This document shows positions 1-10,491 of a stretch of 44,387 nucleotides of DNA, in pieces; the stretch's first letter is position 1, and each line of letters starts with the position of its first letter. The stretch spans positions 1 to 44,387 of the forward strand of contig BQXS01012509.1 of assembly GCA_024181965.1 (NCBI GenBank), given 5' to 3'. The translations under genes were made by a program, and so were the position numbers. This DNA comes from Aduncisulcus paluster. Its lineage: Eukaryota. Below the pieces are notes generated by a model. That model was not told where the DNA came from. It made no database searches and saw only the letters and a program-made list of their open reading frames with translations.

Positions 1-194
1 ATGATTTCCCAAGCTCCACAACGGTGATAAGCAGAACGAGAGCACACAAATCCAACACATTTTGGTTTCTCAGCATCCAAGATATCGCCAAACTTCTTCA
101 AAGCGCCAACACCAAAGAAACAAGATTGTTTGTTTGTACCATATTTAAGGGTGACAACATTTGTCAAATCGAAGGTCTCGTAGTAATCCGACAT
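1..194 (-). CDS. Iron-containing alcohol dehydrogenase family protein, N-terminal part (runs off window start)
   Basis: Manual reverse-strand translation from ATG at 194, preceded by an in-frame TAA: MSDYYETFDLTNVVTLKYGTNKQSCFFGVGALKKFGDILDAEKPKCVGFVCSRSAYHRCGAWEI. The FGVGA(L/I)...(T/S)xxxAYxxxGAW pattern matches the N-terminus of prokaryotic Fe-ADH/butanol dehydrogenases. Confidence 0.75.
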   Translation of the reverse strand, partial: MSDYYETFDLTNVVTLKYGTNKQSCFFGVGALKKFGDILDAEKPKCVGFVCSRSAYHRCGAWEI

Positions 195-729
195 GATTTA
201 AGAGTTACAAATAATGCGATTGATAGCAAAAACGTACTCATAAAAGTTCCACCAAACCTGTCATCGATTAAGGGGAAATCTGCTGTATAATGCATGTGTC
301 CATAATAATATTAGGCACGAACAAATATTTTAATTCAAAAAATAAATCCGTTTAGCCACGATATAATTGTATTGTCTTCGATAACGATGTTTGAAAGATC
401 ATCAAATCGTAACGAGCATAAATGAAGATATCAATGGAGAAAAAAAATAATAATATCCGAATTAAACAGAAAACAGAGGCGTATTTACTGCAATAATTAG
501 CACAGAAAGAGATCATAAAAAAAAAATGAGTGGGAACACCTGGCGGAAGTCGGTCCAAAAATATATATATATAAAAAAAGCAAAGCATTTTAAACAAGAG
601 TTACAAATTTAATGCCCATAAAAATGTTTAAAATAAAATATTTTTTATCTTGTAACTTACAAAATTGATTTTTCGCAATTTGATAAGATAAATCGAATTT
701 ATAAATGAAAATAATGTTTAATAAAGTTA

Positions 730-3700
730 TTATAAATCTGTTGTTGATAATGTTCCACTATCGCTATTTTCATTTGTACCCATCGAACCACTGGGGTCAA
801 TTTGCCCGAAGACTTCTTCAGGTTGAACTTCATAGAACCAGCGCTCGCCATATAGAGCTCGGTTGGCCGGAATAAGGCCGAGTTCTTTCAATATCTCCCC
901 AAAAATACCAACATAAATCTCAAATACTCGTCCAGATTCCTTCGAAACAACAAAGTGGCGCTTTAGAACGCTAAGACCTGTGTTATCTTGATCATAAATA
1001 CCATAATAATCTAGAGTATCGGCAATTCCTGGATCACCAAGGGCAATGTAAGCGACGCTGGTTCGTTTGATAATGACTTGACGAGAGGAAGAGCCTGTGG
1101 AGCGTCGTTTCTGAGGCATTAAAGACTCAACGGCAGCTTCACTATCCTCTCCACCGAAAGAACCTGACAAAAGAGTTGAAGAAGCGGTTTGATTGCCGCC
1201 CCCTCTACTGCTCAGTCCAACGCCTTCATCCTCATTGTCAGGTCTTCTTGCTGTCCCATGTATTCCGCCAATCCTCGTTCCAGATAATCCTGCACCACCT
1301 GCAGTATCATGTTCCTGGACATCTTCGACTTCAATGGAATTACCGTCCATCCTGCATAGGGCCAATCTCAACTCATGAGAACTGATTTCAATGTCGCTTG
1401 GATTTACAAATGTCTGATCCTTATCGCACATTCGATGATACGCATCAGTGATTGTCCCATTTTCAAACAGCTTGAGAATGTACACGGAAAGGATAGAGAA
1501 TGAAATTCCACAAAGAGCAATAAGAATAGTGATTGTTAACAATGTGCCAACAATTCCACTGCCTTCTTTGTGAATTAGGAGATCGTATAGTTTGCCAAAA
1601 TCACTGACATATTGGGCAGTGTCCTCATCAGAATTGAGCAAGACGTTCCCAGCATCATAACTAGGTAGACAACTGCACCCCCAACCACATCCAAGCCCAG
1701 CCACAACAAAGGTATCCTCAACTATCTGGACAATGGGGTCAAGGAAGGCCAAGATCAACAGGGAATATATTAACCATGACAAGAAATGGGGGGCCTTGGC
1801 AAGCAATGCAAGCAACAACCAGTGGAAGAATATCAACACAAGAGATATCGCCAATAGGATGACAGAGGGACCTGCAATAAGAAATCCTTCCGTTTGAGTC
1901 GGGACAACACTTCGTTGGTAATCTATAACAACAGATCGTGGCAAGTCAATCTCAAACAAACGGATAGGGAAATTGCTAAACCAAAGGAAGAGATACTGTG
2001 ATCCATAGTGGATAAGAGGTCTGAACCAAAACAATAACAGCATCCAGACAATGAACATCCACATCCAAGGATCGCCTCTGTCCCACCGTGTAAGTTTCAG
2101 CACAGTCGGAAGCACACGTTTGAAGAACCCACCCTTCATCTCAGCCTCAGTATACGTAGCCTCCATGTCTGGGTCTGGCTTTACACATGTCCGGTAATGC
2201 CTAAAGTACTCACAATCTGGAGTAATGGAAGACGGGATGGGAGCTTGCAAAGTGATGGTGGGATTCGTAGAAACAAAGTTAACTTGAACCCCACTGACAT
2301 AATCATCATCCAGGAGTTCCTCATACTTCTCAGAGATGGCACTAATCCTTGAATTCGAACGATTGGACATGGACGAACCACGCCCGCCACCAGTCCCAAC
2401 CTGGAGGAATCTCTCCTGGTTACCATTTCCATGACTGTGCTGCTCGGAAGGCTCCACTCCAAATATTCTTCCTGGCTGTCCTGATCCATCATGGCTGCCT
2501 GCACCAACCGCCTTCTCCATCTGGTGTCGCATAATAACCATTCTATCCTCTTCAGGAATGCCACGCTCTCCTCCATCCTCGTTGTCATTCGCAGTGTAGA
2601 ACGAAGCATTACTCCAAGCCGGGGCAGTCCATTGGGAGTCGTCAAGACCACCTTCTGTCATGTGACGAGAACTCGGAACAGGAACTCCGCAAAGAGTCAC
2701 ATNNNNNNNNNNNNNNNNNNNNCATGGACGAACCACGCCCGCCACCAGTCCCAACCTGGAGGAATCTCTCCTGGTTACCATTTCCATGACTATGCTGCTC
2801 GGAAGGCTCCACTCCAAATATTCTTCCTGGCTGTCCTGATCCATCATGGCTGCCTGCACCAACCGCCTTCTCCATCTGGTGTCGCATAATAACCATTCTA
2901 TCCTCTTCAGGAATGCCACGCTCTCCTCCATCCTCGTTGTCATTCGCAGTGTAGAACGAAGCATTACTCCAAGCCGGGGCAGTCCATTGGGAGTCGTCAA
3001 GACCACCTTCTGTCATGTGACGAGAACTCGGAACAGGAACTCCGCAAAGAGTCACATGATTGGCCATGGACGGTGCTTTGGAGCCACTAGATCTCGCAGA
3101 GGAGGCCTCACCTCCGGTGACACTATTCCCTGCCCTTCCAAGAATGGGTTGAACAGCATCGCCATCCTCGTCCAAACTTTCATCTCCTTCTTTAACAACA
3201 TGAGATCCGCCATCACTCTGTAGCAGTGCAACATCATCCATGGATGCTCCACGACTTGTATCCATGACACCAGATGGACCACCCGCTTTCTTCCCCTTTC
3301 CTTTTCCTGACGTATCCTTTCCTTTCTTCTTTCCTTTTCCAACAGTATCATCCAAATCATCCGAAGACTCATTCTGAGCCGTGACACTCACCATGCAATG
3401 TCCGTCACCAGAGTGTCCACATCGAGTCAATTCTACATACATGTTCCCCAGCCAGGCGTCAATATCGGAGGAAATGAGTTCGGATATAGTGTTATGAAGA
3501 GTGATATCCTGGTCGACGGCTCCGTGAAGAATCGGGATCTTGAGTTTTCCTTCATTAAGCTTATGGGTGACATCACTGACAGGAAGTGATCCCCACCCAA
3601 CAACTTCATCATCATCCATAGTTGCCGAGGATGAAGAGAGACCTCCGGATGAGAGAATGCCGGAAATACCAGTTGAAGTAATTCCAGTGACTTCTGAAAC

Positions 3701-4873
3701 ACCATCTTGACCTCCATGACCAGGTTCTAGGGCCGCCTTGGCCTGTTCCTTATCCTTTTTCTGTAACAATAATAAATTTTGTTTAAGTTTCTTATAGGTA
3801 CCAAGTTTCTTGGCCTTCTTGATCCGAGCTTTCTCACGCTTCCTCAAAAATTCATATTTCTTTGTCTTACTGATATATTTAACTTCTTGTCCATCAATTT
3901 TTTGTGCTTCTGTTATTCTAGAGTCATCATCACCAAGAATACGATCGCTGGCAATTTTCCAAAGTTCAAAAATATACACGGCTGTCTGCGGAAGTTCATT
4001 CATTGGCGGTAAAGCTAAAAATAAATCTTGAGAAATAGGAATGTCTGGAATTCCACCAATCTCTCTCACCCCTTGAGGTGGATTAGAGAATGGGAAACCA
4101 ACCCCAGAGAAGCTTCTTGATCCATAGGCATATCTACCCTTCCCATCTCTTTCAAAACACATTGGAACTCCCCCAAGTTTATGTCTTACATGAACTGTCA
4201 TGATGAACATTCCACGATCGAGTTTCATTCGAACACCACGAATACAATGAACACCAAATCTCATTTGAACGGGAGTCTTAAGGGGTTCAACTCTGAATCT
4301 ACGTGCAGCACTTGCAGATCCTGATGTGGCTCGACTAATAGAAACAACACATCCATTTTTTTCGGCATTTTTAATAATTTCACTTTCAAGTAATAAAGCT
4401 TTTGTCGATATTTTCTTAGCACGCTGTTCCATGGCAAATGATAATGCTCGACGCTGTTTATCTTTAAAATCCTCTGTAGCTCTCCAGGCCGTGGCTGCTG
4501 CACTTCTGGCACGTGAGTCAAGTAAAGCAAGATCTTCAGTATGTTGAATCCTTCGAAACTTAACCTGATCCACAGCAGCTTCTCTGTAGGCTTCAATGGT
4601 GCCTGTAACCTGGGTCGAAGCTCCTTCTGCTAAACCACCAACAGACACGATAGAATCAGGGAGGATAGATGAGTGTATTGCATATTTTATCTCTGGATTA
4701 GTGCTTTTCTTTAATTGATCTGTGGAATTATAAATATGTTCATCTATTATCTCAAGTTCTTTATCTAAATCAGCCAAAACAGTATCTAAGGGTTCTACGG
4801 CAATTTCTGATAATGAGATGGAAGCTTCTTCAAGTTCTTCTTCTGCTATCTCTAAATAATCGTTATAATCCAT
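730..4873 (-). CDS. OFCC1-like (orofacial cleft 1 candidate) membrane protein, ~1262 aa after removing the gap duplication
   Basis: ORFs 2642..4873 and 730..3006 join in frame once the 355-bp gap plus duplicate is removed (3789 nt). Motifs CIRGVRMKLDRG...KLGG, VVGWGSLP, GKLKIPILHG and DIDAWLGNMY, plus a C-terminal multi-pass region (LLLFWFRPLIHYGSQYL...GKLY), resemble OFCC1-family proteins. Family assignment is from recall. Confidence 0.7.
2368..3057. repeat. Gap-flanking duplication (335 bp x2 around 20 N at 2703-2722), probable assembly artefact
   Basis: 2368..2702 equals 2723..3057 except G2437/A2792, which is synonymous (His CAC/CAT on the minus strand). Confidence 0.95.
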
Positions 4874-5253
4874 ATTTTAGTATGGCATTGACAAGAAAAC
4901 AAGAATTATTTCCCATTATCCACGAATTATGTACTATTATGAATATTAACACCTTCCAATTCCTTTAATATCAATTAATAATTTAAAATTGATAAAGAAT
5001 ATTTTGTAAACTCTTTGATTATCTTGTGAAACTGATCCTCTCATGGAAACGGTGTCAATCAATTAAAAATAATACATATATCGAAAATTATAAAAAAACA
5101 AATGAAATGGATTATATTTGGAGCAATAAATACTCTTTTAACCAATTGCAAGAGAAAATTTTTGATGTGTGGGTTTTTCTGAACTTATATTAATACTTTT
5201 TTATTGTTTAACACAGTATATAACAACCTAGCAATCAGGAAAAATATTTTACT
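4874..5253. promoter_or_regulatory. AT-rich divergent intergenic region, putative bidirectional promoter
   Basis: 380 bp between the head-to-head ATGs of the OFCC1-like and NWE-motif genes. No specific element identified. Confidence 0.4.
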
Positions 5254-5685
5254 ATGAGTGATATTAGAAAGGACGTGACTCTTGGAGCTTTAGGATACAA
5301 TCGCAATTCTGGACAAAGAAGGTGTACAAGAATTGGAAATTGGCAAGAAGAAATGTTATTCCAGGAACATAAAGCAAAAATGGAAGAATCTGGATCAATC
5401 CGTGTTCCATCTTCACTTCTTGTGGCCCAACATGATCTTGATATGAGGTGGGAAACTACCTCACGTGCTGCTTTTGGTGCTGGAGCTCCAACAAAGGGAA
5501 AACAAAAGCCCGAAGAATCTGATCGTTTTGAGTCTACTGTGCGTGGATCATTCAAACCCCCACCACCAAAGAAATTTGAGGAACCAAAAGATGTCGCCAA
5601 AGTAATTTCTCAACCTAAACTTGGAGAAAGTTACCGTATCAAATATGCAATGGATTCCGCAACCTTTGATGTTAAGACAAAATGA
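5254..5685 (+). CDS. Small NWE-motif protein, probable ciliary microtubule inner protein (CFAP107/CFAP68/CFAP95-like)
   Basis: 143-aa ATG ORF with N-terminal TRIGNWQEE (GNWxEE motif), followed by short WETTSRAAF and FESTVRGSFKPP motifs typical of axonemal MIPs. Confidence 0.6.
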   Translation: MSDIRKDVTLGALGYNRNSGQRRCTRIGNWQEEMLFQEHKAKMEESGSIRVPSSLLVAQHDLDMRWETTSRAAFGAGAPTKGKQKPEESDRFESTVRGSFKPPPPKKFEEPKDVAKVISQPKLGESYRIKYAMDSATFDVKTK

Positions 5686-5924
5686 ATGTAATCATTTTGG
5701 CCTATTGTGTTCTTTTAGTAAATGTTAACCAAGAAAATATTTTGTTCTCAGTTATATTATGCTTTAAATCTTGGAATAGAATGACAATTTTCCCATGAGG
5801 TTAGAGAATAATGATTTTTCTCATTTTTCTCGACATCAGTATTGTACAACACAACTATATTGTTTTAATTTGGTAATATATTTCCTTTTATATAGATTTC
5901 TAGTTATATTTGTGTCTTATTTTG

Positions 5925-7907
5925 ATGCAATCACAAAGTCAAAAATCCAAGTCTTTCCTCCCATTTAGAAAGATATTTTCAATGAAAGCTGCCCCTGTTG
6001 TACGAGAATCATTCTTGGCAGCAGGATGGACTGAGGAAGTGAATGAAACATCAGAAGAATGGGATTTGAAATGGTGTGCCAGAAAATTTACTTCGAAGGC
6101 CTTTCAAATGTTACTTGGGACTGGAAAAGCCTATAATCATTTATTTGAAAGTCGAAAAATAACATATAAAGACGATTTACATAGAACTATGAAATATATG
6201 AAGAGCAAATATGGGAAAGTGTATTCATTTTATCCAATATCTTTTAATCTTCCTAGAGAGTATTCCAAATGGTTATTATATCATACTAAAATAGAAAAAC
6301 ATAGAGAAGCTACCATGAAAGAACAACAAGAAAAATATTCCACTCTTCTCCGTATCATCATCATCATCTTCCATCCCTTCTCCACCTTCAAGAAGTACCC
6401 CTCAATATTGGGTTGTAAAAGGGGCTTCTTCTTGTCAAGGAAAGCATGTTGCCCTCATTTCATCCCCTTTAGAGGCTAGTTATGATAGAACGTCAATAGC
6501 TCAAAAATATGTGACTAATCCAATGCTTTGTGCCGGATATAAATTTGATATCCGTATTTATGTGGTTGTTCTTTCATTTTCGCCATTAAGGGCTTTTATA
6601 TATCCCGATGGAATTGCAAGGTTTGCAACCGAGAAATATTTCCACCATTCTGATGATTCGAGCGGTTCATCTCAGTCTCCCTCTGGGAGATCAATCCATT
6701 CCCATATTCCTCCAGAATCATCCCATATCTCTTCACAATCGTCATCTCCTGATATTATCCAATCTCCTTCATCCCCTTGTTCATCTTCTTCTAGTTCTAC
6801 CTGTTTTTCATCATCGTCATCTTCTTCTGATTCATTCGGATCGATTATCACATCATCAACGCATGCTCATATTACAAACACATCGATATCTGCACATTCA
6901 CATACTCTCTCGTCATTCAAAGAGGACCTTGCAAAGTATGATATTGAACTTGGTAAAGACAGTGGTCGAGCCAAGTTTTCTGATGTATTACGGACTTTGC
7001 TCCCCGATAGTGCGGATCAGAGTAATGTTTGGCGGAAAATGAAAAAAGTATGTGCTCTGACTCTAGCTGCCGCCGCAATGGTGGCTTCTACATCTGAAAG
7101 CCCTTCTGCTTCAAGTTGCTTACCTTCATCAATCACCACACCTCGAGGAAGCCGTGGAAAAGACATTTTCACTGATTCTTGTTGGAACTTTGAACTTCTT
7201 GGCTTTGACCTGTTGATCGATGATAAGATGAACATTCATCTCATTGAGGTTAATTCCTCGCCATCTTTGTCGACCGAAGAAGGCTTTGATCATGATATGA
7301 AACGAAAGGTTGTGGAAGGATGTATCCGGCTTGCTCAACACAGAAGAGAAAGTGGAAATGATTGGTGGAAAATCACTAGTTCTGAAATTATTGAAGAAAA
7401 GGCCAAAGAAAAGGATCATATTATTCATGAAAGGGAGGAAGAAGGTNNNNNNNNNNNNNNNNNNNNGGAAGCCGTGGAAAAGACATTTTCACTGATTCTT
7501 GTTGGAACTTTGAACTTCTTGGCTTTGACCTGTTGATCGATGATAAGATGAACATTCATCTCATTGAGGTTAATTCCTCGCCATCTTTGTCGACCGAAGA
7601 AGGCTTTGATCATGATATGAAACGAAAGGTTGTGGAAGGATGTATCCGGCTTGCTCAACACAGAAGAGAAAGTGGAAATGATTGGTGGAAAATCACTAGT
7701 TCTGAAATTATTGAAGAAAAGGCCAAAGAAAAGGATCATATTATTCATGAAAGGGAGGAAGAAGGTTTTGAAAGGAAATCTCCCGATTCTTCTCCTCTTG
7801 CTCTGTTCGAGGGATATGAATTATTATGGCCCCTTTTCCCAGATTATAAGGGGGATAATGGGGTAAAAGAAATAATATCTGCATATAAAAAGGCTGTATT
7901 AGAGTAA
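5925..7907 (+). CDS. Tubulin-tyrosine ligase-like polyglutamylase (TTLL2-like), ~553 aa; one +1 frame break and one gap duplication
   Basis: Motifs NHLFESRKITYKDDL, FYPISFNLP, WVVKGASSCQGK, IAQKYVTNP, KFDIRIYV, ARFATEKY, HITN, FELLGFDLLID and EVNSSPSL. The frame changes between 6319 and ~6405. Duplicated 300 bp around the gap at 7447-7466. Confidence 0.9.
7147..7766. repeat. Gap-flanking duplication (300 bp x2 around 20 N at 7447-7466), probable assembly artefact
   Basis: 7147..7446 equals 7467..7766; no difference seen by eye. Confidence 0.95.
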
Positions 7908-7940
7908 TTCATTAGTTTATTCGTCCAGATGTTGTTCTGT

Positions 7941-7995
7941 GAACCAAAGAGCAAGCCTTGCTACCCCTGAGGGTAGTCACCTAAGCTCTTAGTTC
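7941..7995. other. GC-rich symmetric stem-loop in intergenic DNA
   Basis: GAAC/GTTC (7941-44/7992-95), AAGAGC/GCTCTT (7947-52/7985-90), an 8x8 internal loop, and CTACCC/GGGTAG (7961-66/7971-76) closing a 4-nt loop. Confidence 0.4.
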
Positions 7996-8403
7996 TTTCA
8001 GCCAAAAAATACCCAAAAATCTCGCAAATTAAACCCAATTTTACTGAAACAATTTATCGTAAAATCCTAGAGTATAAAAATTTAGCGAGAACCTGTTACG
8101 TCCCACAAATAAATTTTTCTTGTAATTGTTCTCAATAATTCGATCGTTTAATAATAAAATTCAATTTAACAGCACAATTTATTTTCAAAATAATTTTAAA
8201 ACTTTATTTTTTATATCTGTTGGTCCCTACAAAGAATCGAAAATTTCAAACCGGAAAAAATCCCATATGCCATACTTGGTGGCGAAAAAAAAGGGAAGTA
8301 CTATTCATTTCAATTTTTTGATTTGTATAATATCAGACGTTTTCTTCATTATTCATAACCAATATCGAGATTCCAAAAATTTAGTCATTTCTTTGTGGAC
8401 AAC

Positions 8404-10302
8404 ATGAATCTTGTTAGGGGAGACCCATTAACAAGTAGATCGACCAAAATACGGCCACCACAACTTTATTCAGGAATACTTCCGTCAGTTAAACCAACAT
8501 TAGATTCTCTCCAACCATATCCTCCGCGTAGTTCGAAAGGGCGGCGAGATAGTCGTGTTAGAAGGCATGGGGCCCCAGCGACGCTTGTTCCTATACCACA
8601 TAAACATGTAGCTTCATTTGAGCCGAGGCCATTTAAAAAACAAGGTACTCCTCCTCCTCCTTCGTTCCCCACATCACATTTACCTGCTCATCAGCCCCGT
8701 ACTCAGCCAATTCATAGCCATCATCATGTAATGCATCATCATTCAACACATCGAACAATACAGCCTCAACCTACAGCACCTCCCCCGGGGCAACCAAAGT
8801 TTCAAAGGAAATCAAGGCATATATATACAACTCAACATCCTCAATCAATTCAATTCCCCACGAAACATTTTGGAACGAAGAGACCGCATATGATTGGAAG
8901 TAGTGGCAATCCACAACCTCAGCCACATGTTCCTGTTCCACCTTCGTCCAAACCGTCCAAAGGATCATATATTAGGCGTCGTTCGGAGAAACCGAAGGAT
9001 GCAGCGCAATCGGCTAAGCCAGTCCAGCCGATAAACTCGAAACCCCCGTCTAGTTCGGGTAGCACAGTCCCTTCCCCTTCCCAAACTGTTACAAAGCCTC
9101 CTTCAAAGCCATCGACGCCCTCTACCAAGCAACAACCTCCCTCTCCTGTCACCCCAGCCTATGTTCTTCAGCATCATAGCAAGGATTTGACTGAGTTTGA
9201 GTTATCTGAGATATTACAATATCCCCATGTGTGGTACTGGGGTCAGGGTGCCAAGAAGACGCGTGCCTCCCCTGCCCTTCCACACAATCATGGCCATGAT
9301 ACTGAGAAAGGAGAATATAAAATTGTTTTGCACGATCATATTGCCTACCGGTATGAAATCATTGGAACTTGTGGGAGTGGATCCTTTGGACAGGTTGTGA
9401 AAGTGTATGATTATAAACAAAAACGTACTTGTGCTCTTAAACTTATTTTAAATCAGAGGAGATTCCACATGCAGGGGCTCGTTGAGGTGAAAATCCTTGA
9501 ACACATTAGAAAGCATGATCCCGATTGTGCCACAAATACTGTCCGAACCTTCTCTTCGTTCTTCTTTAGGTCACATTTGGTGGTAACTTTTGAACTTTTA
9601 TCATATAATTTATACGAGTTCTTGGTGGCAAATGACTTTGCCGGATTAAGTTTATCCTTGATTCGAAAGTTCGCCATCCAACTTCTTAACTCTCTTAGAT
9701 TCTTGAGACAGCATCGAATAATCCATGCCGATCTTAAACTTGAGAATGTTCTATTAAAAGATCCCAGGAAAAGTGGAATTAAGGTGATTGATTTTGGGAG
9801 TTCATGTTTCGAGGATAAACGGGTGTACTCATACATCCAATCCCGTTTCTATCGAGCCCCGGAGGTTATTCTTGGTCTTCCATATGGGATGCCAATTGAC
9901 ATGTGGAGTTTTGGATGCATTCTTGCTGAGCTTTACACTGGCTATCCCATATTTCCCGGAGAGGATGAGAGCGAGCAGCTCGGATGCATCATGGAGATCA
10001 TTGGTGTGCCTCCATTGGGGCTTATTCGGGATGCTCCAAGGAGGAAAGTGTTCTTCGATAGTCATAATCAACCAAAACCTGTTATCAATAGCCGTGGCAA
10101 GAGAAGACGGCCTGGCACGAAGAATATTGGCAAAGCTATGAATTGTACAGATTCAGACTTCATTTCTTTCCTTTCTGGATGCCTTCATTGGGACCCCAAG
10201 AAAAGAATGACTCCAGATGAAGCTTTACAACATTCATGGATCGATCTAGTCGGATTTAAGAAGCAATTAGAGAAGAGAAGTAGCGAAAAGAAGGATAAAT
10301 GA
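8404..10302 (+). CDS. Dual-specificity tyrosine-phosphorylation-regulated kinase, class II (DYRK2/3/4-like)
   Basis: NAPA-like LTEFELSEILQYPHVWYWG, DH box HDTEKGEYKIVLHDHIAYRYE, GSGSFGQV, ALK, HADLKLEN, DFGSSC and activation loop YSYIQSRFYRAPE. Pro/His-rich N-terminus. First ATG at 8404. Confidence 0.95.
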   Translation: MNLVRGDPLTSRSTKIRPPQLYSGILPSVKPTLDSLQPYPPRSSKGRRDSRVRRHGAPATLVPIPHKHVASFEPRPFKKQGTPPPPSFPTSHLPAHQPRTQPIHSHHHVMHHHSTHRTIQPQPTAPPPGQPKFQRKSRHIYTTQHPQSIQFPTKHFGTKRPHMIGSSGNPQPQPHVPVPPSSKPSKGSYIRRRSEKPKDAAQSAKPVQPINSKPPSSSGSTVPSPSQTVTKPPSKPSTPSTKQQPPSPVTPAYVLQHHSKDLTEFELSEILQYPHVWYWGQGAKKTRASPALPHNHGHDTEKGEYKIVLHDHIAYRYEIIGTCGSGSFGQVVKVYDYKQKRTCALKLILNQRRFHMQGLVEVKILEHIRKHDPDCATNTVRTFSSFFFRSHLVVTFELLSYNLYEFLVANDFAGLSLSLIRKFAIQLLNSLRFLRQHRIIHADLKLENVLLKDPRKSGIKVIDFGSSCFEDKRVYSYIQSRFYRAPEVILGLPYGMPIDMWSFGCILAELYTGYPIFPGEDESEQLGCIMEIIGVPPLGLIRDAPRRKVFFDSHNQPKPVINSRGKRRRPGTKNIGKAMNCTDSDFISFLSGCLHWDPKKRMTPDEALQHSWIDLVGFKKQLEKRSSEKKDK

Positions 10303-10491
10303 ATGTTATAATGACTTCTTAAATGTAAATTATTGGAGCTCCATCTGAAAAGGAGAATAACTCATTTTCGTTTCAAAATAAAATTGTTTCAACAGAAATT
10401 AGTTTAAATTATGGCCATTAGTTATTTTTATACTGGCTTTATTATCAGAATCACATTTTGCTTATCGAAAACACAAATTTGTGAAAAAACC

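Noticed and set aside
528..558. GC-rich island containing GGCGGAAGT, and similar GGCGAAA near 8281, as E2F-like sites
   Set aside because: Imperfect short matches expected by chance, with no supporting evidence.
24..597. Short ORFs 24..290 (+) and 352..597 (-)
   Set aside because: The first is antisense to the Fe-ADH. The second is AT-rich spacer with a non-ATG start and no motif.
2181..3006. Repeated peptide MVLTTPNGLPRL... suggesting a duplicated gene
   Set aside because: Alternative-frame reading of the gap-flanking duplication within the OFCC1-like gene.
6352..6395. Small GT-AG intron to fix the TTLL frame break
   Set aside because: Available acceptors give 41 or 44 nt (3n+2), which does not restore the frame.
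8126..8407. 93-aa ORF upstream of DYRK
   Set aside because: Non-ATG start, AT-rich intergenic composition and no recognisable motif.
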